Shown here: positions 28,650 through 38,882 of the stretch, in pieces | How the letters are laid out: every line of letters starts with the position of its first letter | How positions within the stretch are numbered: the stretch's first letter is position 1 | Assembly: GCA_965223905.1 (NCBI GenBank) | Contig: CBDCXV010000009.1 | Coordinates: 448,001-512,000 of the forward strand | Length of the DNA: 64,000 nt | Origin: Candidatus Latescibacterota bacterium | Lineage (GTDB): Bacteria > Latescibacterota > UBA2968 > UBA8231 | Reading direction: 5' to 3' | Notes under the pieces: generated by a model | The model's database searches: none | What the model saw: the letters and a program-made list of their open reading frames with translations, nothing else | Told to the model about the DNA's origin: nothing | Made by a program: the position numbers and the translations under genes

Positions 28650-29470
28650 CTCGATTGATCCCGCCCCGGGGCGCCCGTGGAATCGCCCCCCACCGTCGCC
28701 GCCATCCACCCCCGGCGGTGCTCGCCCGCATCGGCCGCGACCTGGTGAAAAACGGAGAGTCCCTCCACGTCTTGGAGGTGGTCAACGGCCGCCTCGTGCT
28801 GCCGCCCGCCGAATGGGACGTGGTAGGTGCCTGGCCGATCCTGGCGTGCTACCAGGTCGACATGCCCCAACCCGGCCTCGACCGACAGGCGCCCCGGCCC
28901 ACCGTGGCGGCCGGCTGGTATTGGTTCTCCTGACCTGGGAATCGGACTCGGGGCGATCCCCCTGAAGAGGGCGACCGCCGCCCGGGGGCAACCTTATCAG
29001 GCGAACTGGCCTCGCGCCCAGAGGCCCCCACCTCAGCAGCGAAGTCACTGGCCAGGGCGACGGTAAAGCGGCCAAAACCCGGTTCCTGCGTCAGCTCCGG
29101 AAGGTTTCCAGCCTGACCATTCTGTGGTATCTCCGCGACCCTTCCGGGGTCCACGGCGTACCGCAACGCCTCTGCGCCCATCCGCCCGATCCCCTGGTTT
29201 CCCAGCGCACCGCCGCCTGGGCGACCCTGCTGGCCGTTTGCGGCGTTCCCGAGGCCGTCGACACCCGCGACGGCTGGCGCCCACTTCGTCCACGCCCCCC
29301 CCGGTTGCCTCGTCGCCTGGAGGTCGAACGGCAGGCCAAGGTCGGGCCCGAGATCCGGGTCGACCTCTCCGAACTGGCCCGCGCCGACCTGGCGACCCGG
29401 GCCCCGCGCCTTCGGCAGCTTCATCGACGCCAGGGTGCCCGAGGCCGACGCCCGCCAGTTATGGGACCTG
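28650..29470 (+). pseudogene. Heavily degraded phage portal-like gene
   Basis: Fragments in different frames, LARIGRDLVKNGESLHVLEVVNGRLVL..WDVVG and RRLEVERQAKVGPEIRVDLSELARADLATRA, resemble portal proteins from memory. Many frameshifts. Confidence 0.45.
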
Positions 29471-29571
29471 CCCACCCCCGGAATTGACCCCCGGAAAATG
29501 GCCTATTTGGCCACATGCGGCCCGGTTCCTTCCAAGTCCCCCGGGTCGGAAATGGACGCCTCCAGGGGCCC

Positions 29572-29609
29572 GGATTACTAGCGATATCCCATCATATCGC
29601 AAGTAAGCC
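29572..29609. promoter_or_regulatory. Spaced inverted repeat (16-bp arms, 2 mismatches, 6-bp asymmetric spacer): recombinase site or operator
   Basis: ggattactagcgatat-cccatc-atatcgcaagtaagcc, 66 bp upstream of the giant FN3 gene. Confidence 0.5.
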
Positions 29610-29675
29610 TTAGCAACACAAAACCGGAAAAAACCGCGTGAAAACGCACAAAATCCATCAAGGGGGGAGATCCCG

Positions 29676-32600
29676 ATGAAATCCAGCTACGCACCGTTCC
29701 CATACAGATGGGCAGGAATGCTCGTTTTTCTAGCCATGTTCTTTGTCCCCGGGGGTGCCCAAGCGCAGCCTGCCGCTCCTACCGTGACGGTGACATCCGA
29801 GGTGGGGGCGTTGAAGGTGTCGTGGGAAGCCGTTTCGACGGCCGTTAGATACACGGTGCAGTGGAAGTCTGGGGATGATGAGGAGTACAGCGAGACCGAG
29901 CGCCAAGCCAGGGTGACCGGTACGGCGCATACCATTCCGAACCTGAAGGCGGACACCGAATACGAAATGCAGGTAACCGCTTGGGACCAAAATGGCGACT
30001 ATGCCATGTCCCCCTCCGTCGCTGGCACGCCGAAGCCGGGCAAGGTGACGGGCGTGAAGGTGACTCCCGGGGTAGGGGGGACCAGCACGAGCCTCACGGT
30101 ATTGTGGAGTGCGGTCACGGGGGCCACTAGCTACAAAGTGCAGTGGAAGTCGGGGATGGAGGAGTACAACACCTCCGATCGCCAAGGCACCGAGACCGGT
30201 ATGAGTCATGGGATTGATGGACTGGTTGCGGGCACCCGGTACACGGTGCAGGTGACCGCCACGAACGATGGCGGCGACGCGGGCGACGGCGGCGACGGCC
30301 CGGCCTCCGATGAGGCCATGGGCACGCCCAAGCCGGGCCGGGTGGGGGACGTGACGGTGACGTCCGAGGAGGGGGCGCTCAAGCTGGCGTGGGCCAAGAT
30401 CACGGGGGCCACCAGCTACAAAGTCCAGTGGAAGTCCGGGGGGGAGCGGTACCACACGAGCCGCCAAGCCACGGAGACCGCGTCCGGTAAGGATAATGAA
30501 GAAATAACGCTAACCCTGAGGGCCGGCACCCAGTACACGGTGCGGGTGATCGCCACGAACGCGGGCGGGGACGGGCAGGCCTCCGACGATGCCATGGACA
30601 CGCCGAAGCCGGGCAAAGTGCAGAACGTGAGGGCAATGGCTGGGGCGACCCCGCAGCAGCTCACGGTATCGTGGAACGCCGTCACGGGGGCCAGTAGCTA
30701 CAAAGTGGAGTGGAAGTCGGGGTCGGAGGAATACGACGACGCCCGCCAAGTCACTGCGTCCGGTACGAGTACGACGCTTGGGGATGAGACGCCGGGAACC
30801 GACACGCCTCTGGCCGGCATCCCGCACACGGTTCGGGTGATCGCCACGAACCCGGGTGGCGACGGGCAGGTCTCCGACGATGCCACGGGCACGCCGAAGC
30901 CGGGCCAGGTGCCGACCCCGACGCCGAGCTCCGACCAAAGGAAGCAGGTCACGGTATCGTGGACCGAGGTCCCGGGGGCTACGATGTACACCGTGCAGTG
31001 GAAGTCGTCGTCGCAGCAGTACGACGCCAGCCGCCAAGCCACAACAACCGATTTTTCTCATGTGATCTACAATCTGCCGGCAGGCAGTTACATGGTTCGA
31101 GTTTTCGCCTCAAACGCGAGTGGCGACGGCCTGTCCTCCCTCGACGCCACAGGCACGTCGGTCGCTGCGGGTGAGAACCAGGTGACGGGGGTGCGGGTGA
31201 CTTCGGGCGTGGGGCAGCTCTCGGTGGAGTGGAACCAGGTCGCGGGGGCCACAAAATACACAGTGAGTTTGACGGAAGGTGGGAATACGGAGACATACGA
31301 GAGAACTCGTACGCGTACGGTGATTCCGGGTTTGATGAGCGGAACCGAGTATACGGTGACGGTGACGGCTGACGTGACCGACGCTGAAAATGAACCGGCC
31401 TCAGAGTCGGTCACAGGCACACCCCAGCCGGGCAAGGCGCAGAACGTGAAGGTGGTTCCTCACGACACCAATCCGCAGCAGCTCACGGTAACGTGGGACG
31501 CGGTCACGGGGATCTCCTCCTCAGCGGGATACAAAGTGCAGTGGAAGTCGGGGTCGCAGCAGTACGACAAAAGCCGCCAAGTCTCGGTGGACCAAGCTTC
31601 GGAGCCGACGACAACGATTGGGGATAATACGCCATCAACGGACACGCCTCTGGACGGTATCCCGCACAGGGTGCGGGTGATCGCCACGAACGCCGGCGGC
31701 GACGGCCCGCCCTCAACCGAAGCCACAGGCAGGCCGAAGCCGGGCACGGTGGGGGCCGCAGATGGGGCAGACGATGATGTGACGGTGACTCCCGAGGTCG
31801 GTGCGCTTGCTGTCAAGTGGGGCGTGGTCACCGGGGCCAGTAACTACAAGGTGCAGTGGACGGATGCAATAAGCCCATCTGAGTCCGATTACAACGAGAC
31901 CAACCAAGCCACGGCGACCGGTACGAGTCATACGATTAGGAGCCTTGGGGCGGGCACCTTATACACGGTGCGGGTGACCGCCACGAACGCCAGCGGCGAC
32001 GGCACGGCATCAGCCGGAGCCACCGGCACCCCGAAGCCGGACAAGGTTCAGAACGTGCAGGTGGTGGTTCCCGCCGCCCCGCAGCAGCTCACGGTATCGT
32101 GGAACGAGGTCTCGGGGGTCTCTCCCTCAGATGGGTACATAGTGCAGTGGAAGTCGGGGTCCCAGGAGTGGGACGAAGACGGAATGGCGAACCGCCGAGT
32201 CCTGGTGACGGGTTTGAATACTACGCTTGGGGATGAGACGCCGGCAACGGACACGCCACTGGCCGGCATCCCGCACACGGTGCGGGTGACCGCCACGAAC
32301 GCGGGCGGCGCCGGCGACCCCTCGGTGCAACGCACAGGCACGCCGAAGCCGGGCCAGGTGGGGGCAGCAGATGGGACAGACGATGATGTGGTGGTGACTT
32401 CCGAGGTCGGTGCGCTCATGGTCAAGTGGGGCTTGGTCACGGGGGCCACAGGGTACAGAGTGGAGTGGAAGTCGGGGACGCAGAATTACACCGCCAGCCG
32501 CCGAGCCACGCCGACCGGTACGAGTCATACGATTCCGAATCTGGACGCGGACACCGAGTACACGGTGCGGGTGACCGCCAGGAACGGGAGCGGCGACGGC

Positions 32601-35600
32601 ACGGCCTCCGCTGGGGTCATGGGCACCCCGAAGCCGGGCCAGGTGACGGGCGTGGAGGCGACTCCCGGCGTGGGAGCCCTCACGGTAACGTGGACCGCAG
32701 TTGCGGGGGCCTCAGGGGGATACAAAGTGCAGTGGAAGTCGGGGTCGGAGGATTACAACACGTCCGACCGCCAAGATGAGGTCCCCGGACAGAGCACCGA
32801 GACCCATCCGATTTCGAGCCTGACGGCGGGCACCCGGTACACGGTTCGGGTGATCGCCACGAACGATGGCGGCAGCGACCCCGGCGACGGCGGCGACGGC
32901 CCGGCCTCCGCTGGGGCCATGGGCACGCCGAAGCCGGGCCGGGTGACGGGTGAGAGGGTGACGCCGGGCCCGGAGCAGCTTGAGGTATCGTGGACCACGG
33001 TCACGGGGGCCACTAGCTACAAGGTGCGGTGGAAGTCGGGGGAGGAGGAGTACTCCGCCAGCCGCCAAGCCACTGCGACCGTTTCGCCCCATGTGATTCG
33101 GAACCTGACGGGAGAAACCGAATACACGGTGCAGGTGATCGCTACGGTGGCTTCGGTCGACGGCGATCCCTCCACCGACGCCACCGGCACGCCGGATGTT
33201 GCCCCGGCGAACGTGGTGACGGGCGTCCGGGTGACGGATGAGGGGGACGAGCAGCTCACGGTGCAGTGGAAGCGTAAACGGGGGGCAACGGCCTACACGG
33301 TGCAGTGGAAGTCAGGGAGTGAGAGTTACGGCGACGGAACGGAGACGCCGCTCCGCCAGACCACGGGGATCGGCAGGACGACGCATGTGATTCAGGGCCT
33401 GACGGGAGGAACCGAATACACGGTGCGGGTGAAGGTTGCCGGGGCCACCGACCCAGCTGACGATGACTTTGCGGAGGCCACGGGCACACCGACGGCGGCT
33501 ACACCCGCCCGGGTGACGGAGGTGAAGGTGACTTCCGACGCGACTCAGCTCACGGTATCGTGGAAAGAGGTCCCCGGGGCTACCTACAAGATACAGTGGA
33601 AAGCGGGCTTTCAGCAGTACGCCGAAACTCGCGAAGGCGAGAAGAGTCCCGGTACAACGTCACATACAATTAATGTTGCTGATGATGGTCTGAAACCGGG
33701 CACCCTGTACATGGTGCGGGTGCAGGCGATCGAGTCTGATGCCAAGCCCCCAGGGGGACCGTGGTCGAGCGAAGTCACCGGCATGCTGAAGCCGGCCCAG
33801 GTGACGTTTGGAGCGAACCAAGGCGTGACTTCCGGCTCGGAGAAGCTCACGGTATCGTGGATCGCGGTCCCGGGGGCCGCTAGCTACAAGGTGCAGTGGA
33901 GGACGGCGAGTCAGTTGACTTACTCTTCTATTCAACAAGCCACCGTGACCGGTACGGAACATACGATTGGGAATCTGGAGGCGGGCATCAAGCACACGGT
34001 GCAGGTGACCGCTATGAACGCCGGCGGCGACGGAGCGCCTTCAGTTGATACGGGAACAAGTGCCATGGGTACCCCGCAACCGGGCAAGGTGACGGGCGTA
34101 ACGGTGACCCCCGGGGTGGGGGAAACCTCCACGAGCCTCACCGTGATGTGGGACCCGGTCACGGGGGTCTCCACCAGTGCTGGCTACAAAGTGCAGTGGA
34201 AGTCGGGCTCGGAGGAGTACGACGAGACCGCCCGCCAAGGTGCGCCGAGCGGCACGAGTCATTCGATCCCGAGTCTGGATGCGAACACCCAGTACACGGT
34301 GCGGGTGATCGCCACGAACACGGGCGGCGACGGCCCGGCCTCCGATGAGGTCCCGGGCAGGCCGAAGCCGGGCGAGGTGACGGGCGTGACGGTGGATCCC
34401 GGCGCGGGGCAGCTCGCGGTGAAGTGGGCGGAGGTCACCGGGGCTACGGGATACACGGTGCAGTGGAAGTCGGGGGCGGAGGATTACGCGTCCAGCCGCC
34501 GAGCCAGGACGGACGGTTTGAGGTATGTGATTCAGAATCTGACGAGCACGGAGTACACGGTGCGGGTGTTCGCCTCGAACGCGAGCGGCGACGGACCGGT
34601 TTCCGCCGAAGCAAGAGGTACGCCGTCGTCGGTCTTGGAAGGCCAGGTGACGAACCTGCAGGTGATCTCCGGGGTGGGGCAGCTCACGGTATCGTGGAGA
34701 GCGGTCCCCCAGGCTACCGAATACACCGTGGAGTGGAGGGAGGAGCCGGGGACTTTCGCGACGGAGGACATGGCTGAGGTGACCGGTACGAGGTATACGA
34801 TTGAGGATCTGAAGGGAGGCACCGAGTATGCGGTGATGGTGACCGCCATGCTGCCCGACGTGCTGTCCCCACCCGGGTCGGACGAGGCTTTCGGAACGCC
34901 GAGTTTGGACCAGGTGGCGAACGTGCGGGTGACCTCCGACGATGTGGAGCTTCTCACGGTATCGTGGGACGCGGTCCCGGGAGCCGACGGATACAAAGTG
35001 CAGTGGAAGTCGGGATCGGAGCAGTACTCGGAAAGCCGCCAAGCCACGCCGGACGACGCTACGGGGTATACGATTACCAATCTGATGGGAGGCACCCAGT
35101 ACACGGTGCGGGTGATCGCCGCGAAGGGAGCTTTGGAAGGACCGCCCTCGGACGAACACACCGCCACGGCGGGGGCCGATCCGGACCAGGTAGCGAACGT
35201 GCAGGTGACTCCCGGCCGGACGCAGCTAGCGGTGAGGTGGGACCCGGTCTCGGGAGCCGACGGATACAAAGTGCAGTGGAGGTCGGGATCGCAGCAGTAC
35301 GCGGCCAACCGCCAAATGGACGTGGGAACCGGTACGAGGTATACGATCACGGGGTTGGTGGCAGACACCGAGTACGCGGTGCAGGTGATTGCTGTCGTGA
35401 ACGGGATCGACGGATCGCCCTCAGGGGAGGTTGCGGGCACGCCGACGAGTACGCCTACAACACCAACTACGCCGACAACACCAACTACGCCGACAACACC
35501 AACTACGCCTACAACACCAACTACGCCGACAACACCAACTACGCCGACAACACCAACTACGCCGACAACACCAACTACACCCACGCCGCAGCCGCCTGCG

Positions 35601-38381
35601 GCCAATGTACCGTCCATGGTCAGGCATGTAACCGTGATGGCGAGGGAAGGCGGGCTTCAGGTCCGGTGGCTCTCGCTGGCCAAAGCCGGCTACCGGGGTC
35701 CGTTGAGCGGCTACAAGGTGCAGTGGAAGTCGGGGTCGGAGGCGTACGCCCCGGCCCGCGAAGATACTGTTATCGGCCGGCTCACCTGGGTGAACCATAT
35801 CATTGGGAACCTGGCCGAGAAGGAGTACACGGTGCGGGTGATGGCCTACAACGAGCACGGCGACGGCCCGCCCTCCGACGAGCTTGTCGGTACGCCCAAG
35901 GAGGCCAAGCCGTCCAACCGGATCGCCGGGGTCCTGAAGGGAGACGCCCGCGGCGCAAATGGGCAGCAGCCGCGCGGCGACATGTCCCAGCGGTCGAGTC
36001 TGGGTCTGGACCCGGCCGGGCATCTGGACGCGGGCCAGGAAGTGACCCTGACCGTGTCGGTGGCCACCGTCGCTTCGTATGTATTGGAAGTGACCGGAGG
36101 CCGGGGGGTGACCCTGAGCGGGACCGGCGTCACCGACGAGGGTTCAGGCCGGGCCCGGCTGGATGCGGAGTCCTGGTCGAACCAACAGCAGCGCACCGTG
36201 GTTCTGAAAGACACGGTGGCGGTGGACACCTTGTCCGTGGCGCTTCTGGATACGGACGGGGATCAGGTGGCCGCGCTGGAGCCGAAGATCGTCTACAACC
36301 CGGAGGTGCGTGACGGCCTTCGGGTCACCGGCCTGCCGGACACCTTGACGGTGAACCGCCAGTATTGGGGTGAAGTGACGCTTCTGGACCGCTACGGCAA
36401 CGTCCGCGTCCGCGACGACGACCGCGAGGTGGTGCTTTCGGCCAACCAGGCAGGCGTCAGTTCGGCGCCGGCGAGCCTGGAAGCCGGCACCGGGCGGTTC
36501 TGGGTGCGCAGCGATTCGCTGTTGACCGAGGAGCTGGTTCTGACCTTCCGGGATGGCGCGGTGAGCCAGTCGGAGACGGTAATCGTGCGGCCTCTGGATG
36601 CGCCGGATCAGCTGGTTGCCGCCGATTATCCCGGCGACGAGGGTGGATTCATCGAGCTGACGTGGGATCTGTCCTTGGATCATTCGATCCTGGATGGCTA
36701 CCGCATTTTCCGTACGCCGATCAACGGCGAGCCGATGGAGTGGGGCCGGGTGGCGGCCGATCTGGAAGCTGAGGAGGGCCGCGCCGTGGTGGCGACGCTG
36801 GACACGGTCACCACCGCCTGGGGGATTGCCGCCGAGCTCGAGCTCGAAATGGAGCCGACTTCGGGAGGAGGGGATACCCCGGTGACGCCCCCGCCGCCCA
36901 ACGATCCCGAAGAGCCCCCGACCGTTGGGCGATCGTCGAGTATTACCCTGTCGTCGGGTATCGTTCTCGCCACGCCGGAGCCGCCCATGATGGAGGAGGA
37001 AGATCCCGACATGGAGGAGGATCCCGAAATGGACCCGAAGAAGGTTCGGCGATCCTCGGTTACGAGGTCGGGTTCGGTGCGCGCCGTCGACAACGTCGCG
37101 CCGTCGGCGGTTCGTCGGTTCCGTGCGGTCGACGCGCCCGACGACGACGGGGGCCGCATTCTCCTGACCTGGGAAGGCTCGTTGTCGGACAGCCTGGTGA
37201 ACCGCCGGGTCGAAGGAGCGATTGGTCCGACGGTCTCCGACATGAGCCGGGGGGTTGCGGGGTATCGCATCTACCGCCAGCCAGCCGACGGGGCGTTTGC
37301 GCTTCTGGACACGGTCGGACGGAGCGCAACCTCCTATGTCGATACGACGGCCCTCAACGGGGAGCGCTTCACCTACACGGTGGCCGCCTTCGACGAGGAC
37401 AACGAAACCACCTCCGAAGAACAATCGGCTATGGCCATCCGTAACCGGGAGGTGGATGTCACCGGCAAGTACGTCTTCGGTCTGTTCGGAGCCGACCGGA
37501 CAGTCGGGTTCGACGACTTCTTCCACTTCGCCGATAACTACGGGTTCACGGCGACGGATGCCGAGTGGGACCCGGCCTTCGATCTGGCCTCGAACCAGTC
37601 GATCGGTTGGGAATCACTGGCGGTGTTTGCCCAGAACTTCGGTCGTCAGACGGCCTCGACCGGGAAGGTGATCCCGCTGCGAGCCGGCCGCAACGAGCAG
37701 ACGCGGCTGGATTTCTACGGGGGTGTCCCGATGCCTAAGGTCGGGGAGGAGTTCGTCCTGACCCTGCACCTGAGCGACTTCGGTCTGCTCAAGGGCTACG
37801 GTTTCCAGCTCGAGTTCAACGGCGAGGAGCTGGAGGTCGTCCGCGCCGTGGCAGCCGACAACGGCCTCGGCGAGGGCCCCTTGGCCTTACCGCAGGTCCT
37901 GGGCGCAGCCGACGGGAAACGGGCCATTGTCGCCTACGGGGATGCCGTCTCGGAAGGCACGGTGGCCGTGGATGTGGTTTTCCGCGCTCTCAGGGAGTTC
38001 GAAACCGGCTTCATCAGGGTCACCGAAGGCCAGGTCCGCGACGGTACCTTTGCCGTCAACGCCTTGGCCTTGCCGGCCCCGGTGGAGATGGAGACGCTGC
38101 CGGAGGTGTACGCTCTGGGGTTCAACTACCCGAACCCCTTCAACCCGGAGACCACGATCAAATACGCGCTTCCTCAGGCGTCGGACGTGGAGTTGGTGGT
38201 TTACAATTCGCTCGGCCAGAAGGTGCGAACCCTGGTGGCCGAGCATCAGGGCGTAGGTCGCTACGCCTTCACGTGGGACGCGACCAACGACCGTGGCCAC
38301 GCGGTGTCTTCAGGGATCTACCTGTACCGCCTGCGGGCGGGAGAGTTCGCGCAGGTCAGAAAGATGCTGTTGCTGAAGTAG
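29676..38381 (+). CDS. Giant secreted protein, 2901 aa: 21 FN3 repeats, (TPT)n linker, dockerin-like, cohesin-like and FlgD/T9SS-type C-terminal domains
   Basis: GGGGGAG RBS; signal peptide ending AQA; 21 LxVxW..YxVxWK..YTVRVxA units counted; VGFDDFFHFADNYG..FDL; LKGYGFQLEFN; NYPNPFNPETTIKYALP..SSGIYLYRL..KMLLLK. Confidence 0.92.
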   Translation: MKSSYAPFPYRWAGMLVFLAMFFVPGGAQAQPAAPTVTVTSEVGALKVSWEAVSTAVRYTVQWKSGDDEEYSETERQARVTGTAHTIPNLKADTEYEMQVTAWDQNGDYAMSPSVAGTPKPGKVTGVKVTPGVGGTSTSLTVLWSAVTGATSYKVQWKSGMEEYNTSDRQGTETGMSHGIDGLVAGTRYTVQVTATNDGGDAGDGGDGPASDEAMGTPKPGRVGDVTVTSEEGALKLAWAKITGATSYKVQWKSGGERYHTSRQATETASGKDNEEITLTLRAGTQYTVRVIATNAGGDGQASDDAMDTPKPGKVQNVRAMAGATPQQLTVSWNAVTGASSYKVEWKSGSEEYDDARQVTASGTSTTLGDETPGTDTPLAGIPHTVRVIATNPGGDGQVSDDATGTPKPGQVPTPTPSSDQRKQVTVSWTEVPGATMYTVQWKSSSQQYDASRQATTTDFSHVIYNLPAGSYMVRVFASNASGDGLSSLDATGTSVAAGENQVTGVRVTSGVGQLSVEWNQVAGATKYTVSLTEGGNTETYERTRTRTVIPGLMSGTEYTVTVTADVTDAENEPASESVTGTPQPGKAQNVKVVPHDTNPQQLTVTWDAVTGISSSAGYKVQWKSGSQQYDKSRQVSVDQASEPTTTIGDNTPSTDTPLDGIPHRVRVIATNAGGDGPPSTEATGRPKPGTVGAADGADDDVTVTPEVGALAVKWGVVTGASNYKVQWTDAISPSESDYNETNQATATGTSHTIRSLGAGTLYTVRVTATNASGDGTASAGATGTPKPDKVQNVQVVVPAAPQQLTVSWNEVSGVSPSDGYIVQWKSGSQEWDEDGMANRRVLVTGLNTTLGDETPATDTPLAGIPHTVRVTATNAGGAGDPSVQRTGTPKPGQVGAADGTDDDVVVTSEVGALMVKWGLVTGATGYRVEWKSGTQNYTASRRATPTGTSHTIPNLDADTEYTVRVTARNGSGDGTASAGVMGTPKPGQVTGVEATPGVGALTVTWTAVAGASGGYKVQWKSGSEDYNTSDRQDEVPGQSTETHPISSLTAGTRYTVRVIATNDGGSDPGDGGDGPASAGAMGTPKPGRVTGERVTPGPEQLEVSWTTVTGATSYKVRWKSGEEEYSASRQATATVSPHVIRNLTGETEYTVQVIATVASVDGDPSTDATGTPDVAPANVVTGVRVTDEGDEQLTVQWKRKRGATAYTVQWKSGSESYGDGTETPLRQTTGIGRTTHVIQGLTGGTEYTVRVKVAGATDPADDDFAEATGTPTAATPARVTEVKVTSDATQLTVSWKEVPGATYKIQWKAGFQQYAETREGEKSPGTTSHTINVADDGLKPGTLYMVRVQAIESDAKPPGGPWSSEVTGMLKPAQVTFGANQGVTSGSEKLTVSWIAVPGAASYKVQWRTASQLTYSSIQQATVTGTEHTIGNLEAGIKHTVQVTAMNAGGDGAPSVDTGTSAMGTPQPGKVTGVTVTPGVGETSTSLTVMWDPVTGVSTSAGYKVQWKSGSEEYDETARQGAPSGTSHSIPSLDANTQYTVRVIATNTGGDGPASDEVPGRPKPGEVTGVTVDPGAGQLAVKWAEVTGATGYTVQWKSGAEDYASSRRARTDGLRYVIQNLTSTEYTVRVFASNASGDGPVSAEARGTPSSVLEGQVTNLQVISGVGQLTVSWRAVPQATEYTVEWREEPGTFATEDMAEVTGTRYTIEDLKGGTEYAVMVTAMLPDVLSPPGSDEAFGTPSLDQVANVRVTSDDVELLTVSWDAVPGADGYKVQWKSGSEQYSESRQATPDDATGYTITNLMGGTQYTVRVIAAKGALEGPPSDEHTATAGADPDQVANVQVTPGRTQLAVRWDPVSGADGYKVQWRSGSQQYAANRQMDVGTGTRYTITGLVADTEYAVQVIAVVNGIDGSPSGEVAGTPTSTPTTPTTPTTPTTPTTPTTPTTPTTPTTPTTPTTPTTPTTPTTPTPQPPAANVPSMVRHVTVMAREGGLQVRWLSLAKAGYRGPLSGYKVQWKSGSEAYAPAREDTVIGRLTWVNHIIGNLAEKEYTVRVMAYNEHGDGPPSDELVGTPKEAKPSNRIAGVLKGDARGANGQQPRGDMSQRSSLGLDPAGHLDAGQEVTLTVSVATVASYVLEVTGGRGVTLSGTGVTDEGSGRARLDAESWSNQQQRTVVLKDTVAVDTLSVALLDTDGDQVAALEPKIVYNPEVRDGLRVTGLPDTLTVNRQYWGEVTLLDRYGNVRVRDDDREVVLSANQAGVSSAPASLEAGTGRFWVRSDSLLTEELVLTFRDGAVSQSETVIVRPLDAPDQLVAADYPGDEGGFIELTWDLSLDHSILDGYRIFRTPINGEPMEWGRVAADLEAEEGRAVVATLDTVTTAWGIAAELELEMEPTSGGGDTPVTPPPPNDPEEPPTVGRSSSITLSSGIVLATPEPPMMEEEDPDMEEDPEMDPKKVRRSSVTRSGSVRAVDNVAPSAVRRFRAVDAPDDDGGRILLTWEGSLSDSLVNRRVEGAIGPTVSDMSRGVAGYRIYRQPADGAFALLDTVGRSATSYVDTTALNGERFTYTVAAFDEDNETTSEEQSAMAIRNREVDVTGKYVFGLFGADRTVGFDDFFHFADNYGFTATDAEWDPAFDLASNQSIGWESLAVFAQNFGRQTASTGKVIPLRAGRNEQTRLDFYGGVPMPKVGEEFVLTLHLSDFGLLKGYGFQLEFNGEELEVVRAVAADNGLGEGPLALPQVLGAADGKRAIVAYGDAVSEGTVAVDVVFRALREFETGFIRVTEGQVRDGTFAVNALALPAPVEMETLPEVYALGFNYPNPFNPETTIKYALPQASDVELVVYNSLGQKVRTLVAEHQGVGRYAFTWDATNDRGHAVSSGIYLYRLRAGEFAQVRKMLLLK
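35451..35576 (+). repeat. In-frame VNTR, 18-bp unit x7, encoding (TPTTPT)7
   Basis: acgcc(g/t)acaacaccaact repeated 7 times with no spacers. Confidence 0.95.
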
Positions 38382-38404
38382 AAGTGTGGGTACGGATACA
38401 GAGG

Positions 38405-38455
38405 GGGTTGGGAAGGGAGACCATTCGTCGTCTCCCTCCCAACCCTTCTTTCTTT
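38405..38455 (+). terminator. Intrinsic terminator of the FN3 gene
   Basis: Stem gggttgggaagggagac/gtctccctcccaaccc followed by ttctttcttt. Confidence 0.8.
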
Positions 38456-38604
38456 CCAGAAAAATCCGGGAGATGGGATGTGATTGGGGATGATCCGCAA
38501 ACCCTTTAAACCTGGCTTTTTGGGGTGGCCTCCATCGCCAGGCCAAGGGGGAGAAAGAGCATCGGCATCCCATCTCCTAAATGAATATGTAAAACCAATG
38601 AACA

Positions 38605-38822
38605 ATGGCTGAGAACAGAAGATATACCGACGCAGGTCCCACTATCCCGGGCAGTTGAGTGCCGCCGTGACCGAAGCCACGAAAGAAGCCGTCGAGGAGG
38701 TCGCCGACCGGGCGGGTTGGTCGCTGGCCGAGACGGTCCGGGAGTGTATCGACGTGGGCCTTCCCGTGGTTCAGAAGCGGTTGACCACCCCAGATGACAG
38801 CGAGGTTCCTTCCGGCTCCTGA
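38605..38822 (+). pseudogene. Small ribbon-helix-helix (CopG-like) DNA-binding protein with a 1-nt frameshift near the start
   Basis: Not in the ORF track. EQKIYRRRSHYPGQLSAAVTEATKEAVEEVADRAGWSLAETVRECIDVGLP; ATG 38605 is out of frame; followed by its own terminator. Confidence 0.55.
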
Positions 38823-38848
38823 GATCACGGGGTAGGTCGGTCTTTTTT

Positions 38849-38882
38849 GGGAACTGCCTGAAGTGGGCAGTTCCCCTTTTTT
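38849..38882 (+). terminator. Intrinsic terminator
   Basis: gggaactgcc/ggcagttccc stem followed by a T6 run. Confidence 0.8.

Noticed and set aside
35451-35576. Short repeats suggesting a CRISPR array
   Set aside because: Contiguous 18-bp units with no spacers, in frame within a CDS, and no cas genes nearby.
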